Below, piece by piece: positions 48,455-60,210 of a DNA stretch of 64,000 nucleotides. Origin of the DNA: Escherichia coli (GTDB lineage: Bacteria > Pseudomonadota > Gammaproteobacteria > Enterobacterales > Enterobacteriaceae); the NCBI RefSeq assembly GCF_001677475.2, contig NZ_CP015229.1; one strand, 5' to 3'. Below the pieces are notes generated by a model, which made no database searches, had not been told where the DNA came from, and saw only the letters and a program-made list of their open reading frames with translations. Made by a program: the position numbers and the translations under genes. Within the stretch, counting starts at the first letter, position 1. Each line of letters opens with the position of its first letter.

Positions 48455-48826
48455 ATGTCATTGCAATATGGCTGGCAAATCATGGATGCAACGGGCAGGG
48501 TGGTTACGGATACGTCTGCAATTATGTGCAGACGTTTATTCTCATATCATGTTCCGATCATTGAAGCACTGGCATCAAATATCCCGTGGTCAGTGACATT
48601 TGGTGTCAGTTTTAACAATGGAACCCCATTCACACATTGTGTGACACGGAAGGGGATTACGGTGCCTTCCGGCAGGGTATGGTATCCGGTGGCACCGGAT
48701 ATTATCATCAACGGTAACAGCGTCACCTTAACCTATACAGCAAGACATGTTTCATATCCTGATGATTTGGGGTATCTCCTGGCTGTTGGCGGTGTGGATG
48801 TTCATTGTGGGGTTTACCACCGATGA
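48455..48826 (+). CDS. Hypothetical protein downstream of J
   Basis: 123 aa; lower GC; N-terminus ...YGWQIMDATGRVVTDTSA resembles N-terminus of next ORF. Confidence 0.4.
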   Translation: MSLQYGWQIMDATGRVVTDTSAIMCRRLFSYHVPIIEALASNIPWSVTFGVSFNNGTPFTHCVTRKGITVPSGRVWYPVAPDIIINGNSVTLTYTARHVSYPDDLGYLLAVGGVDVHCGVYHR

Positions 48827-49614
48827 GCGGTTATGGCATTCAGCTAATTAATGACTATGGACTGACAGTGGCAGATGCGGAAGATGTGAATTATGTTTTG
48901 CGAAGTGCCGGTCAGTTCAGTAATGGTCATTTTATCTCCGGCGGGAACACGACGAGCGCAATCAGTCTGATAACAACCGGGATGAACAGTCCTTTATTGT
49001 TTCTGAAGATGAATACAAATAATTCGAGGCTGACACAAAAAGCCGGGGTCAATAAGCTGTCCCCTGATTTTGTTAATCCCGGAACATATATATCGGTGAC
49101 AAGTATAGACGTGTTTAAATGGTGGAATATAAATATTGGCACGGTTCAGTATTATATTTTTGACAAGTGGATACCGCCGGAGCGAAGTTCATACGGTATG
49201 CAACTGTTTGATGGTTCAGGCGGAATTATATTTGATTCCGGGTGGTATTTTCTGAAATTACGGGATGTGAAATGGCTTGAACCGCAATATCCAAACCATT
49301 CAGGGCATGAAAGCGGTAGTAACTGGAGTAATGTCGGGCATGTTTCCGATGATGTCAATAACACAGCATTATCAATGCCTCTGGGCAGGGGCTGGATTGA
49401 GTCATCCTTACAGGGTGGATATTACTATAATGAGTGTTGTCATCTTGACGGTAACGGTAATCTCTATATATCCATAATACCGACAGGTGTTTATCTCGAT
49501 ATATCACCGACAGGCGGCTGGGTTGGCTCAATGAAAACCCAGGTCATGGTTGCGGATGTATCCGGCTTACCGACGAATTATAACCCTGTGGAGATAAGGA
49601 ACGTTAACGGTTAA
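48805..49614 (+). CDS. Hypothetical protein downstream of J (N-terminal paralog of previous ORF)
   Basis: 269 aa; ...YGIQLINDYGLTVADAEDV...; Asn/Gly/Ser-rich. Confidence 0.45.
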   Translation: MWGLPPMSGYGIQLINDYGLTVADAEDVNYVLRSAGQFSNGHFISGGNTTSAISLITTGMNSPLLFLKMNTNNSRLTQKAGVNKLSPDFVNPGTYISVTSIDVFKWWNINIGTVQYYIFDKWIPPERSSYGMQLFDGSGGIIFDSGWYFLKLRDVKWLEPQYPNHSGHESGSNWSNVGHVSDDVNNTALSMPLGRGWIESSLQGGYYYNECCHLDGNGNLYISIIPTGVYLDISPTGGWVGSMKTQVMVADVSGLPTNYNPVEIRNVNG

Positions 49615-49666
49615 GTGCTGTAACGAAATCACGGCAAAATGAAACAGAAAATCTGAATGTAATCAC

Positions 49667-49692
49667 AGCCCGCCGGAACCGGCGGGCTTTTT
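49667..49692 (+). terminator. Rho-independent terminator
   Basis: CAGCCCGCCGG-AACC-GGCGGGCT + TTTTTG. Confidence 0.6.
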
Positions 49693-49704
49693 TGTGGGGT
49701 GAAT

Positions 49705-51801
49705 ATGGCAGTAAAGATTTCAGGTGTCCTGAAAGACGGAGCGGGTGAGCCTGTCGTAAACTGTGCGATTGAATTGCGTGCCAGAAGAACCAGTCCGACA
49801 GTTGTGGTTAATATTGTGGCAACCTGTCTTACGGGAAGTGATGGCGGGTATACTATTAATGCTGAGCCGGGATTTTATGATGTATTTTTGTCCCGCACAG
49901 GGCATCCTCCTGTAAAGGCGGGGGAAATTTATGTTGCACCGACAGATGAGCCGGATACGCTGAATGCTTTTCTGGATGCACCAAAGGAGGGTGATTTACG
50001 CCCTGAGGTAATGAAGCGTTTTGAGGAAATGGTAAATACCGTTGTTCGCTTGTCTGAGCAGGTGGTCAGTGACAGGGAGAGAGCAGAAACAGCTGCTGAT
50101 GATGCAATTAATGCAGCAACATCTGCGGCGGGTAGTAAGGATGAGGCAGAAGAGCTAAAAAATCAGACACAGCAGAGCGCCGAAGCTGCAGCCGGAAACG
50201 CACAGCAGACGGCACAGGATGTGACGACAACCGCAACGGCCCGTGATGATGCGGAACGTTTTGCGAATGAGGCTGAAAACAGCGCACAGTCATCAGGCAC
50301 AGCGCGGGACGAATCAGTCGATGCCGCCGAACGCGCCCGCCTTTATCATAATGCCGCATCAGCAGCAGCGACCAGTTCAGAACTGTCGGCAAATGCGGCG
50401 CTGGGGCACAAAAACAGTGCCGCCGAATACGCCCGACAGGCTAAAGCCAGCCAGGATGCAGGTGCAGACAATGCGCAGGAAGCGAAACAGTTCAGGGATG
50501 AGGCACAGCAGATTGTTGATGACCTGAATGCAACAAATGCCAGCACGACAGAAAAAGGTCTGGTGCAACTCTGTAGTGATACGGACAACGACAGCGAGGA
50601 ACTGGCTGCCACGCCAAAGGCTGTCAGACTCGTCATGGACGAGACGAAAACAAAAGCGCCACTGGACAGCCCGGCTTTCACCGGCATCCCAACCACCCCA
50701 ACCCCACCGGATGATGCCGCCGGTCTGGAAGCAGCGAACGCAGCGTTTGTGCGCAAACTGCTTGCTGCGCTGGTTGGCTCATCGCCGGAAGTTCTGGACA
50801 CCCTGAACGAACTGGCAGCGGCGCTGGGCAATGACCCGGAGTTTGCGACCTCAATCATGAATGCGCTGGCAGGCAAACAACCGCTTAATGACGTCTTAAC
50901 GGCAATCAGCGCACTGACGCAACGGTCAGATAATCTTCTGTACTTCAATACGGACGGGAATGCCTCACTGTCTCTGCTGTCAGAGAAGGGCCGCGCATTA
51001 CTGGCGCATGACACAGCTGAAGCCATGCGCACGGAGCTTGAGCTGAAAGCAGCTGCGACGATGGAACCCCAGAGTGATATTCGCGACCGCACATCCGGCA
51101 GGCTGGCGCTGTCCGGGATGTATGGGTTTGGACAGGCATTCACCAGCGCCGACGCTCTGTCATTTAACGGACAGGCTGATTTCGTTGAGTGGTTGAAGAA
51201 AGTCACGCCGGGGCGGTATGCGGTCAGTATTACAGACTCCTCGCAACTGCTTACCGGTACCACGCAATTTAACGGCATTATTGATGTGATGTGGTCACCG
51301 TACGCCAACAGTGAATCTGATACAGTCCGCAAATTTAAAACCCTGATGTGTTACAACCAGTATTATCAGGGTGAACACTGTATTCACTATATGCAGTACC
51401 GGTACAACGACAGTGATAACAGCTGGAACATGTCATCGCGGGTAGTTGTATACGACGGAGATTCTCTCGCTTATTTATTATCGCGGTTATCCGGTAATGG
51501 TCCGTTCTCATATTACCAATACCCGGCCGTCGGTGTGCCGATTATGGCGGTATATCAGGGAGAAAGTTTTGGTGAAAATGCTTCTCTGGGACTCGGTGAT
51601 ACTGTGCCGGGTTCCCGTCTTGGTCCTCTGGCCATGAGTGCACCGGTTAGTGATACAGGGACATACGCATCCTCACCGCAGGTTGTGATTGGCGGTGCCG
51701 GTGAATACAACTTCCCCGGTCGTTACATGGCGCTTTCGGGCTTAGGTAACAATTATGGTACTCAGCGTGGCTTTATCGGTCTTTTTGTACGCATTGAGTA
51801 A
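49705..51801 (+). CDS. Side tail fibre protein
   Basis: About 698 aa; conserved N-terminal tail-fibre domain, long Ala-rich repeat shaft, distinct C-terminal domain; followed by Tfa. Confidence 0.65.
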   Translation: MAVKISGVLKDGAGEPVVNCAIELRARRTSPTVVVNIVATCLTGSDGGYTINAEPGFYDVFLSRTGHPPVKAGEIYVAPTDEPDTLNAFLDAPKEGDLRPEVMKRFEEMVNTVVRLSEQVVSDRERAETAADDAINAATSAAGSKDEAEELKNQTQQSAEAAAGNAQQTAQDVTTTATARDDAERFANEAENSAQSSGTARDESVDAAERARLYHNAASAAATSSELSANAALGHKNSAAEYARQAKASQDAGADNAQEAKQFRDEAQQIVDDLNATNASTTEKGLVQLCSDTDNDSEELAATPKAVRLVMDETKTKAPLDSPAFTGIPTTPTPPDDAAGLEAANAAFVRKLLAALVGSSPEVLDTLNELAAALGNDPEFATSIMNALAGKQPLNDVLTAISALTQRSDNLLYFNTDGNASLSLLSEKGRALLAHDTAEAMRTELELKAAATMEPQSDIRDRTSGRLALSGMYGFGQAFTSADALSFNGQADFVEWLKKVTPGRYAVSITDSSQLLTGTTQFNGIIDVMWSPYANSESDTVRKFKTLMCYNQYYQGEHCIHYMQYRYNDSDNSWNMSSRVVVYDGDSLAYLLSRLSGNGPFSYYQYPAVGVPIMAVYQGESFGENASLGLGDTVPGSRLGPLAMSAPVSDTGTYASSPQVVIGGAGEYNFPGRYMALSGLGNNYGTQRGFIGLFVRIE

Positions 51802-52400
51802 TGAGGAAATCAGGCATGAAAATCAGAGCGGTGAAAGGCATCAGAAACGCACATTATCTTGAAAATGGTGCGATTGACTGCGAGGTGTTATTTGAAGGTG
51901 AAACGGAGTTCGCCATGTATACCGCCATACAGGATGATACAGCCCCGACAGGCCAGCACATCTGGCAGGAGCTGCAAAGCGGGAAATGGGGCGAAATCGT
52001 CCCGTTCACCGTCACGCCTGAACTTATTGCAGCGGCAAAGGATGCCAAAAGGCGGGAGATTGAGGCATGGCGCGACAGTCAGGAAAACGTTGAGTTTATT
52101 TTCACGTTTGATGGTCGTCGTTTTGATGGTGGAAAAACCTCGCAGTCACGCCTTGCGCCCGTGGTTGCAACAGCACAGGCCGGACTGCTTCCGGAGGGTT
52201 TTTTCTGGACTGATGCGGATAATAACAACGTCGTACTGACCAGGGAGAAACTTATTGCGCTGAACGATGCCATGATGGTGGCCATGGTGGCGGAGGGCTT
52301 TAAAATCCACGAACGTCAGCGGGAGATGAAAGAGGAGCTGAGTAGCCTCGAGGATTTACACTCAATCAGGAAGTTGCTCGTTAACTCAGAAAAAATTTGA
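51801..52400 (+). CDS. Tail fibre assembly protein (Tfa)
   Basis: 199 aa; immediately downstream of tail fibre gene; Tfa-like. Confidence 0.65.
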   Translation: MRKSGMKIRAVKGIRNAHYLENGAIDCEVLFEGETEFAMYTAIQDDTAPTGQHIWQELQSGKWGEIVPFTVTPELIAAAKDAKRREIEAWRDSQENVEFIFTFDGRRFDGGKTSQSRLAPVVATAQAGLLPEGFFWTDADNNNVVLTREKLIALNDAMMVAMVAEGFKIHERQREMKEELSSLEDLHSIRKLLVNSEKI

Positions 52401-52539
52401 GATACCAAAGACATCAAAGAGGTGCTGGCGGGAAAATATCGCAGATATTAAAAACTGAAAATATACCAATTGGTATACCAAGTTTATACCAAGAACCCAA
52501 AAAGCAAAGGGGCTACCATTTGGTAACCCCTTGATTATT

Positions 52540-52627
52540 TGGCGGAAGCGCAGAGATTCGAACTCTGGAACCCTTTCGGGTCGCCGGTTTTCAAGACCGG
52601 TGCCTTCAACCGCTCGGCCACACTTCC
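52540..52627 (-). tRNA. serT: tRNA-Ser (anticodon UGA)
   Basis: Reverse complement reads GGAAGTGTGGCCGAGCGGTTGAAGGCACCGGTCTTGAAAACCGG...GGTTCGAATCTCTGCGCTTCCGCCA; long variable arm; matches E. coli serT. Confidence 0.9.
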
Positions 52628-53053
52628 GGAATGACGCGCACTATAAACATCCCGATGCGGCGTGTAAACCCCTAATTTGTTTGTTTGCCTGAAAAACAGC
52701 CAAAAGAGCATTGATAGCATGAAATAACAGCAGATTGATCATTTCATCACCATGAATTCCTTCTCTTTTACTCGTTTAGCAACCGGCTAAACATCCCCAC
52801 TGCCCGGCAAAAAGAAAAATAGGTCCATTTTTATCGCTAAAAGATAAATCCACACAGTTTGTATTGTTTTGTGCAAAAGTTTCACTACGCTTTATTAACA
52901 ATACTTTCTGGCGACGTGCGCCAGTGCAGAAGGATGAGCTTTCGTTTTCAGCATCTCACGTGAAGCGATGGTTTGCCTTGCTACAGGGACGTCGCTTGCC
53001 GACCATGTGCGCCCGGTGTCCTGCCGGTGTCGCAAGGAGAAGAGACGTGCGAT

Positions 53054-54172
53054 ATGAATAACGAGGAAACATTTTACCAGGCCATGCGGCGTCAGGGCGT
53101 TACCCGGCGCAGCTTTCTCAAATATTGTAGTCTGGCTGCCACGTCGCTGGGATTAGGCGCGGGAATGGCACCAAAGATTGCCTGGGCGCTGGAGAACAAA
53201 CCGCGCATTCCGGTGGTATGGATCCACGGTCTGGAATGCACCTGCTGTACCGAATCTTTTATCCGCTCCGCTCACCCACTGGCGAAGGACGTCATCCTTT
53301 CCCTGATTTCCCTCGATTACGACGATACTTTGATGGCAGCCGCCGGAACCCAGGCGGAAGAAGTCTTTGAAGACATCATCGCGCAATACAATGGCAAATA
53401 TATCCTCGCAGTAGAAGGTAATCCGCCGCTGGGCGAGCAGGGGATGTTCTGTATCAGCAGCGGACGACCGTTTATTGAGAAACTCAAACGTGCCGCTGCC
53501 GGAGCCAGTGCGATTATCGCCTGGGGAACCTGCGCGTCCTGGGGCTGCGTGCAGGCCGCGCGACCCAATCCGACGCAGGCAACGCCTATCGACAAAGTCA
53601 TCACCGACAAACCTATTATCAAAGTACCTGGCTGCCCGCCGATTCCGGATGTGATGAGCGCCATCATTACTTACATGGTGACCTTTGATCGCTTGCCAGA
53701 TGTCGACAGAATGGGCCGTCCGTTGATGTTCTATGGTCAGCGAATCCACGATAAATGCTATCGCCGCGCTCACTTCGACGCCGGAGAGTTCGTCCAGAGT
53801 TGGGATGATGACGCTGCCCGCAAAGGTTACTGCCTGTACAAAATGGGCTGCAAAGGGCCTACCACCTATAACGCCTGTTCCTCCACACGCTGGAATGATG
53901 GCGTTTCTTTCCCAATCCAGTCTGGTCACGGCTGCCTGGGCTGTGCGGAAAATGGTTTCTGGGATCGCGGTTCGTTCTACAGCCGCGTGGTCGATATTCC
54001 ACAAATGGGCACTCATTCCACCGCCGATACCGTCGGTTTAACCGCGCTTGGCGTGGTAGCAGCGGCTGTTGGTGTGCACGCAGTCGCCAGCGCCGTTGAC
54101 CAGCGCAGACGTCATAACCAGCAACCTACAGAAACCGAACATCAGCCAGGCAATGAGGATAAACAGGCATGA
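53054..54172 (+). CDS. hyaA: Hydrogenase-1 small subunit
   Basis: 372 aa; Tat signal RRSFLK; Cys clusters for FeS; starts [16 protein letters not shown]. Confidence 0.9.
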   Translation: MNNEETFYQAMRRQGVTRRSFLKYCSLAATSLGLGAGMAPKIAWALENKPRIPVVWIHGLECTCCTESFIRSAHPLAKDVILSLISLDYDDTLMAAAGTQAEEVFEDIIAQYNGKYILAVEGNPPLGEQGMFCISSGRPFIEKLKRAAAGASAIIAWGTCASWGCVQAARPNPTQATPIDKVITDKPIIKVPGCPPIPDVMSAIITYMVTFDRLPDVDRMGRPLMFYGQRIHDKCYRRAHFDAGEFVQSWDDDAARKGYCLYKMGCKGPTTYNACSSTRWNDGVSFPIQSGHGCLGCAENGFWDRGSFYSRVVDIPQMGTHSTADTVGLTALGVVAAAVGVHAVASAVDQRRRHNQQPTETEHQPGNEDKQA

Positions 54173-55962
54173 GCACTCAGTACGAAACTCAAGGATACAC
54201 CATCAATAATGCCGGACGCCGCCTGGTGGTCGACCCGATTACGCGCATTGAAGGCCACATGCGCTGCGAAGTGAATATTAACGATCAGAATGTGATCACC
54301 AATGCCGTCTCCTGCGGCACCATGTTTCGCGGGCTGGAGATCATCCTGCAAGGGCGCGACCCGCGCGATGCGTGGGCGTTCGTTGAACGTATCTGCGGCG
54401 TCTGTACTGGTGTACACGCCCTGGCTTCGGTTTACGCCATCGAAGATGCCATCGGTATTAAAGTGCCGGACAACGCCAATATCATCCGCAACATTATGCT
54501 GGCAACGCTCTGGTGCCACGATCATCTGGTGCACTTCTATCAGCTTGCCGGGATGGACTGGATCGATGTGTTAGATGCGCTGAAAGCCGACCCGCGGAAA
54601 ACCTCCGAACTGGCGCAAAGCCTCTCCTCATGGCCGAAATCATCCCCTGGCTATTTCTTCGACGTACAAAACCGCCTGAAGAAATTCGTTGAAGGTGGCC
54701 AGTTGGGGATCTTCCGCAATGGCTACTGGGGGCACCCGCAGTACAAACTGCCGCCAGAAGCCAACCTGATGGGCTTTGCCCACTATCTCGAAGCTCTCGA
54801 TTTCCAGCGTGAAATTGTCAAAATCCACGCGGTCTTTGGCGGTAAAAACCCGCATCCAAACTGGATTGTCGGCGGGATGCCTTGCGCCATTAACATTGAC
54901 GAAAGCGGCGCGGTCGGGGCGGTCAATATGGAACGCCTGAACCTGGTGCAGTCGATTATCACCCGCACGGCGGATTTCATTAACAACGTGATGATCCCCG
55001 ACGCCTTAGCCATTGGTCAGTTCAACAAACCGTGGAGCGAAATCGGCACGGGTCTTTCTGATAAATGTGTCCTCAGCTACGGCGCATTCCCGGATATTGC
55101 CAACGACTTTGGCGAGAAAAGTCTGCTGATGCCTGGCGGCGCGGTGATTAACGGCGACTTTAAAAATGTGCTGCCAGTGGATTTAGTTGATCCGCAGCAG
55201 GTGCAGGAGTTTGTTGACCATGCCTGGTATCGTTATCCCAACGATCAGGTTGGGCGTCATCCGTTCGATGGCATTACCGACCCGTGGTACAACCCCGGCG
55301 ATGTTAAAGGCAGCGATACCAACATTCAGCAGCTGAATGAACAGGAACGCTACTCGTGGATCAAAGCGCCACGCTGGCGCGGTAACGCGATGGAAGTGGG
55401 GCCGCTGGCACGCACGTTAATCGCTTATCACAAAGGCGATGCGGCGACCGTTGAGTCGGTCGATCGCATGATGTCGGCGTTGAACCTGCCACTTTCCGGC
55501 ATCCAGTCAACGTTGGGCCGCATTTTGTGCCGCGCGCACGAAGCGCAGTGGGCCGCAGGTAAGTTGCAGTATTTCTTCGACAAGCTGATGACCAATCTCA
55601 AAAACGGCAATCTTGCCACCGCCTCCACTGAAAAATGGGAACCTGCAACCTGGCCGACAGAGTGCCGTGGTGTCGGTTTTACCGAAGCGCCGCGCGGGGC
55701 GTTAGGCCACTGGGCTGCCATTCGCGATGGCAAGATTGATCTCTACCAGTGCGTGGTGCCGACCACCTGGAACGCCAGCCCGCGCGATCCTAAAGGGCAA
55801 ATTGGCGCTTATGAAGCGGCGCTGATGAACACCAAAATGGCGATCCCCGAGCAACCGCTGGAGATCCTGCGTACTCTGCACAGCTTTGATCCGTGCCTCG
55901 CCTGTTCAACACACGTGCTGGGCGACGACGGTAGCGAGCTGATCTCCGTGCAGGTGCGTTAA
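54169..55962 (+). CDS. hyaB: Hydrogenase-1 large subunit
   Basis: 597 aa; N-terminal RICGVC and C-terminal DPCLACSTH NiFe ligands. Confidence 0.9.
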   Translation: MSTQYETQGYTINNAGRRLVVDPITRIEGHMRCEVNINDQNVITNAVSCGTMFRGLEIILQGRDPRDAWAFVERICGVCTGVHALASVYAIEDAIGIKVPDNANIIRNIMLATLWCHDHLVHFYQLAGMDWIDVLDALKADPRKTSELAQSLSSWPKSSPGYFFDVQNRLKKFVEGGQLGIFRNGYWGHPQYKLPPEANLMGFAHYLEALDFQREIVKIHAVFGGKNPHPNWIVGGMPCAINIDESGAVGAVNMERLNLVQSIITRTADFINNVMIPDALAIGQFNKPWSEIGTGLSDKCVLSYGAFPDIANDFGEKSLLMPGGAVINGDFKNVLPVDLVDPQQVQEFVDHAWYRYPNDQVGRHPFDGITDPWYNPGDVKGSDTNIQQLNEQERYSWIKAPRWRGNAMEVGPLARTLIAYHKGDAATVESVDRMMSALNLPLSGIQSTLGRILCRAHEAQWAAGKLQYFFDKLMTNLKNGNLATASTEKWEPATWPTECRGVGFTEAPRGALGHWAAIRDGKIDLYQCVVPTTWNASPRDPKGQIGAYEAALMNTKMAIPEQPLEILRTLHSFDPCLACSTHVLGDDGSELISVQVR

Positions 55963-55980
55963 CAGCGAAGGAGAATCATC

Positions 55981-56688
55981 ATGCAACAGAAAAGCGACAA
56001 CGTTGTCAGCCACTATGTCTTTGAAGCGCCAGTGCGTATCTGGCACTGGCTGACGGTGTTATGCATGGCGGTGTTGATGGTCACCGGTTACTTTATCGGC
56101 AAGCCGCTGCCTTCGGTCAGCGGTGAGGCGACGTATCTGTTCTATATGGGCTACATCAGGTTAATTCACTTCAGCGCCGGGATGGTTTTTACCGTGGTCT
56201 TGCTGATGCGGATCTACTGGGCTTTTGTCGGCAATCGCTACTCACGCGAGCTTTTCATCGTGCCAGTATGGCGTAAAAGCTGGTGGCAGGGCGTGTGGTA
56301 TGAAATCCGCTGGTATCTGTTTCTGGCAAAACGTCCGAGTGCCGATATTGGCCATAACCCCATCGCCCAGGCGGCGATGTTCGGCTATTTCCTGATGTCA
56401 GTTTTTATGATCATCACCGGCTTTGCGCTCTACAGCGAACACAGCCAGTACGCTATTTTTGCGCCGTTCCGTTATGTGGTGGAATTTTTCTACTGGACGG
56501 GCGGCAACTCAATGGACATTCACAGCTGGCATCGGCTGGGGATGTGGCTGATTGGCGCGTTTGTGATCGGTCATGTCTACATGGCGCTGCGTGAAGATAT
56601 CATGTCCGACGACACGGTGATCTCCACCATGGTCAACGGCTACCGTAGCCACAAATTTGGCAAAATAAGTAACAAGGAGCGTTCATGA
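55981..56688 (+). CDS. hyaC: Hydrogenase-1 cytochrome b subunit
   Basis: 235 aa, four TM segments with conserved His. Confidence 0.85.
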   Translation: MQQKSDNVVSHYVFEAPVRIWHWLTVLCMAVLMVTGYFIGKPLPSVSGEATYLFYMGYIRLIHFSAGMVFTVVLLMRIYWAFVGNRYSRELFIVPVWRKSWWQGVWYEIRWYLFLAKRPSADIGHNPIAQAAMFGYFLMSVFMIITGFALYSEHSQYAIFAPFRYVVEFFYWTGGNSMDIHSWHRLGMWLIGAFVIGHVYMALREDIMSDDTVISTMVNGYRSHKFGKISNKERS

Positions 56689-57272
56689 GCGAGCAACGCG
56701 TGGTGGTAATGGGGCTGGGCAACCTGCTGTGGGCCGATGAAGGTTTCGGCGTGCGGGTGGCGGAACGGCTGTATGCCCATTACCACTGGCCCGAGTATGT
56801 GGAGATTGTCGATGGCGGTACTCAGGGACTGAACTTGCTGGGGTATGTCGAAAGCGCCAGCCATCTGTTGATTCTCGATGCCATTGACTACGGGCTGGAA
56901 CCTGGAACGCTGCGAACCTATGCCGGAGAACGCATTCCGGCTTATCTCAGCGCGAAGAAAATGAGCCTGCACCAGAACAGTTTCTCCGAAGTGCTGGCGC
57001 TGGCAGATATCCGCGGACATCTGCCAGCACATATTGCCCTCGTCGGTCTGCAACCCGCAATGCTCGACGACTACGGCGGCAGCCTGAGCGAACTGGCACG
57101 GGAGCAACTGCCCGCTGCTGAACAATCGGCGCTGGCGCAGCTGGCTGCATGGGGAATTGTGCCGCAACCGGCTAATGAATCGCGCTGTCTCAATTATGAC
57201 TGTCTGTCGATGGAAAATTACGAAGGCGTTCGCTTGCGCCAGTACCGGATGACACTGGAGGAGCAGGGATGA
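56685..57272 (+). CDS. hyaD: Hydrogenase-1 maturation protease
   Basis: 195 aa; GxGN...D.G HybD/HyaD-like. Confidence 0.85.
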   Translation: MSEQRVVVMGLGNLLWADEGFGVRVAERLYAHYHWPEYVEIVDGGTQGLNLLGYVESASHLLILDAIDYGLEPGTLRTYAGERIPAYLSAKKMSLHQNSFSEVLALADIRGHLPAHIALVGLQPAMLDDYGGSLSELAREQLPAAEQSALAQLAAWGIVPQPANESRCLNYDCLSMENYEGVRLRQYRMTLEEQG

Positions 57273-57667
57273 GCAACGACACGCCATTTGATGCGTTGTG
57301 GCAACGAATGCTGGCGCGCGGCTGGACGCCGATCAGTGAATCCCGTCTTGACGACTGGCTTACGCAAGCGCCAGACGGCGTGGTGTTATTAAGCAGTGAC
57401 CCGAAACGCACGCCAGAGGTCAGCGATAATCCGGTAATGATTGGCGAATTACTGCGCGAGTTTCCCGACTACACATGGCAGGTGGCGATTGCTGACCTTG
57501 AGCAGAGCGAAGCCATCGGCGATCGCTTTGGCGTCTTTCGCTTTCCCGCCACTTTAGTGTTTACCGGCGGAAACTATCGCGGCGTGCTGAATGGTATTCA
57601 CCCGTGGGCGGAACTGATAAACCTGATGCGTGGGCTTGTCGAACCACAACAGGAGCGTGCCTCATGA
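57269..57667 (+). CDS. hyaE: Hydrogenase-1 operon protein HyaE
   Basis: 132 aa, operon position. Confidence 0.8.
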   Translation: MSNDTPFDALWQRMLARGWTPISESRLDDWLTQAPDGVVLLSSDPKRTPEVSDNPVMIGELLREFPDYTWQVAIADLEQSEAIGDRFGVFRFPATLVFTGGNYRGVLNGIHPWAELINLMRGLVEPQQERAS

Positions 57668-58521
57668 GCGAAACTTTTTTCCATCTGCTGGGGCCAGGAA
57701 CGCAACCGAACGATGACAGTTTCAGCATGAATCCACTGCCGATCACCTGTCAGGTGAATGATGAACCGAGTATGGCGGCCCTGGAACAATGTGCTCACAG
57801 CCCGCAGGTGATTGCGCTGTTAAACGAGTTACAACATCAACTAAGTCAACGCCAGCCGCCGTTGGGCGAGGTGCTGGCAGTCGATCTGTTAAATCTCAAC
57901 GCCGACGATCGTCACTTTATCAATACGCTTCTCGGGGAAGGGGAAGTGTCAGTGCGCATTCAGCAGGCTGACGACAGTGAAAGTGAAATACAGGAGGCGA
58001 TCTTCTGCGGATTATGGCGGGTGCGCAGACGTCGCGGCGACAAGTTGCTGGAGGACAAACTGGAGGCTGGCTGCGCGCCGCTGGCGTTGTGGCAGGCGGC
58101 AACGCAAAATCTCTTGCCGACAGATTCGCTGTTACCGCCGCCCATTGATGGCCTGATGAATGGCCTACCGTTGGCGCATGAGTTACTGGCACATGTACGT
58201 AACCCCGACGCGCAGCCGCACAGCATTAATCTGACGCAATTACCCATCAGCGAGGCTGATCGGCTTTTTCTCTCACGTCTCTGTGGGCCGGGAAATATTC
58301 AGATTCGTACCATTGGCTATGGCGAGAGCTATATCAACGCCACGGGGTTACGCCATGTCTGGCATTTACGCTGCACGGACACCTTAAAAGGCCCGTTACT
58401 TGAGAGTTATGAAATCTGCCCGATACCGGAAGTGGTGCTGGCAGCGCCAGAAGATTTGGTCGACTCTGCGCAGCGGCTTAGTGAGGTATGTCAGTGGCTG
58501 GCGGGAGGGGCACCGTCGTAA
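57664..58521 (+). CDS. hyaF: Hydrogenase-1 operon protein HyaF
   Basis: 285 aa from [10 protein letters not shown]; operon position. Confidence 0.8.
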   Translation: MSETFFHLLGPGTQPNDDSFSMNPLPITCQVNDEPSMAALEQCAHSPQVIALLNELQHQLSQRQPPLGEVLAVDLLNLNADDRHFINTLLGEGEVSVRIQQADDSESEIQEAIFCGLWRVRRRRGDKLLEDKLEAGCAPLALWQAATQNLLPTDSLLPPPIDGLMNGLPLAHELLAHVRNPDAQPHSINLTQLPISEADRLFLSRLCGPGNIQIRTIGYGESYINATGLRHVWHLRCTDTLKGPLLESYEICPIPEVVLAAPEDLVDSAQRLSEVCQWLAGGAPS

Positions 58522-58654
58522 AAAGACGGTAAGTATCGCTTTCAGGCTTATGAATATCGCAATCGGCGAATACCTCTGGTCGTAGAGTTTCAGGATAAAG
58601 AGGGAGATCTACCATTAACGGGTTATTTTTCTCTCTTCGCCTACAGGAGTGCGC

Positions 58655-60199
58655 ATGTGGGATGTCATTGATTTATCGCGCTGGCAGTTTGCTCTGACCG
58701 CGCTGTATCACTTTTTATTTGTACCCCTTACCCTGGGGCTGATTTTTTTGCTGGCTATCATGGAAACCATTTACGTGGTCACCGGCAAAACAATCTACCG
58801 CGATATGACGCGCTTCTGGGGTAAGCTCTTCGGTATCAACTTTGCTCTTGGCGTGGCTACCGGCCTGACGATGGAGTTTCAGTTTGGTACTAACTGGTCA
58901 TTCTATTCCAACTATGTGGGCGATATTTTTGGCGCACCGCTGGCGATGGAAGCATTAATGGCCTTCTTCCTCGAATCCACCTTTGTCGGGCTGTTCTTCT
59001 TCGGCTGGCAACGGCTGAATAAATACCAGCACCTGCTGGTGACGTGGCTGGTGGCGTTCGGTTCAAATCTCTCTGCGTTGTGGATATTGAATGCCAACGG
59101 TTGGATGCAATACCCGACCGGTGCGCATTTTGATATCGACACCCTTCGTATGGAAATGACCAGCTTCAGCGAGCTGGTCTTTAACCCGGTCAGCCAGGTG
59201 AAATTTGTGCACACCGTAATGGCGGGCTACGTGACCGGGGCCATGTTTATTATGGCGATCAGCGCCTGGTATTTACTGCGCGGACGGGAGCGCGATGTCG
59301 CATTACGCTCGTTTGCCATCGGTTCCGTCTTCGGTACTCTGGCGATTATCGGCACGCTGCAACTCGGAGACAGTTCTGCGTATGAAGTCGCGCAAGTACA
59401 ACCGGTAAAACTGGCGGCGATGGAAGGGGAGTGGCAAACGGAACCTGCACCTGCACCGTTCCATGTGGTTGCCTGGCCGGAACAGGATCAAGAGCGTAAC
59501 GCCTTTGCTATCAAAATTCCCGCGCTGCTAGGGATCCTCGCCACTCACTCATTAGATAAACCCGTGCCGGGTCTGAAGAATTTGATGGCTGAAACCTACC
59601 CACGCTTGCAACGCGGACGTATGGCCTGGCTGTTAATGCAGGAAATATCGCAAGGCAATCGTGAGCCGCATGTGTTGCAGGCATTCCGGGAGCTGGAAGG
59701 CGACCTTGGTTACGGCATGTTGCTCTCCCGCTATGCGCCGGATATGAATCATGTCACAGCCGCACAGTACCAGGCGGCGATGCGTGGCGCGATACCTCAG
59801 GTTGCGCCGGTATTCTGGAGTTTCCGCATCATGGTGGGCTGTGGTTCCCTGCTGCTACTGGTGATGCTGATTGCGCTTGTCCAGACGCTGCGTGGCAAAA
59901 TCGACCAGCATCGCTGGGTGCTGAAAATGGCGCTCTGGAGTTTGCCGCTGCCGTGGATTGCGATTGAAGCCGGGTGGTTTATGACCGAGTTTGGTCGTCA
60001 GCCGTGGGCGATACAGGACATCTTACCGACATACTCCGCGCACTCCGCTTTAACCACAGGACAACTGGCTTTCTCACTGATCATGATCGTAGGGCTTTAC
60101 ACCCTGTTCTTAATCGCCGAAGTCTACCTGATGCAGAAATATGCCCGTCTGGGGCCGAGCGCGATGCAGAGTGAACAACCGACGCAGCAACAGGGGTAA
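58655..60199 (+). CDS. appC: Cytochrome bd-II ubiquinol oxidase subunit I
   Basis: 514 aa from [29 protein letters not shown]; CydA-like. Confidence 0.9.
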   Translation: MWDVIDLSRWQFALTALYHFLFVPLTLGLIFLLAIMETIYVVTGKTIYRDMTRFWGKLFGINFALGVATGLTMEFQFGTNWSFYSNYVGDIFGAPLAMEALMAFFLESTFVGLFFFGWQRLNKYQHLLVTWLVAFGSNLSALWILNANGWMQYPTGAHFDIDTLRMEMTSFSELVFNPVSQVKFVHTVMAGYVTGAMFIMAISAWYLLRGRERDVALRSFAIGSVFGTLAIIGTLQLGDSSAYEVAQVQPVKLAAMEGEWQTEPAPAPFHVVAWPEQDQERNAFAIKIPALLGILATHSLDKPVPGLKNLMAETYPRLQRGRMAWLLMQEISQGNREPHVLQAFRELEGDLGYGMLLSRYAPDMNHVTAAQYQAAMRGAIPQVAPVFWSFRIMVGCGSLLLLVMLIALVQTLRGKIDQHRWVLKMALWSLPLPWIAIEAGWFMTEFGRQPWAIQDILPTYSAHSALTTGQLAFSLIMIVGLYTLFLIAEVYLMQKYARLGPSAMQSEQPTQQQG

Positions 60200-60210
60200 A
60201 GGAGAAAATC

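Larger units (their letters stand above)
1..52530. mobile_element. Lambdoid prophage (left end outside window; right boundary next to serT); defective because TerL and major capsid genes are interrupted
   Basis: Contiguous phage modules in canonical order: immunity, replication, nin-like, Q, lysis, packaging, head, tail; ends just before tRNA-Ser and host hya operon. Confidence 0.8.

Noticed and set aside
50346-51332. 328-aa minus-strand ORF antisense to the side tail fibre gene
   Set aside because: Ala/Ser-rich low-complexity mirror of the repetitive tail-fibre shaft region; no independent signals.
53153-54016. 287-aa minus-strand ORF antisense to hyaA
   Set aside because: hyaA on the plus strand is unambiguous (Tat signal, FeS Cys clusters); this is an antisense artefact.
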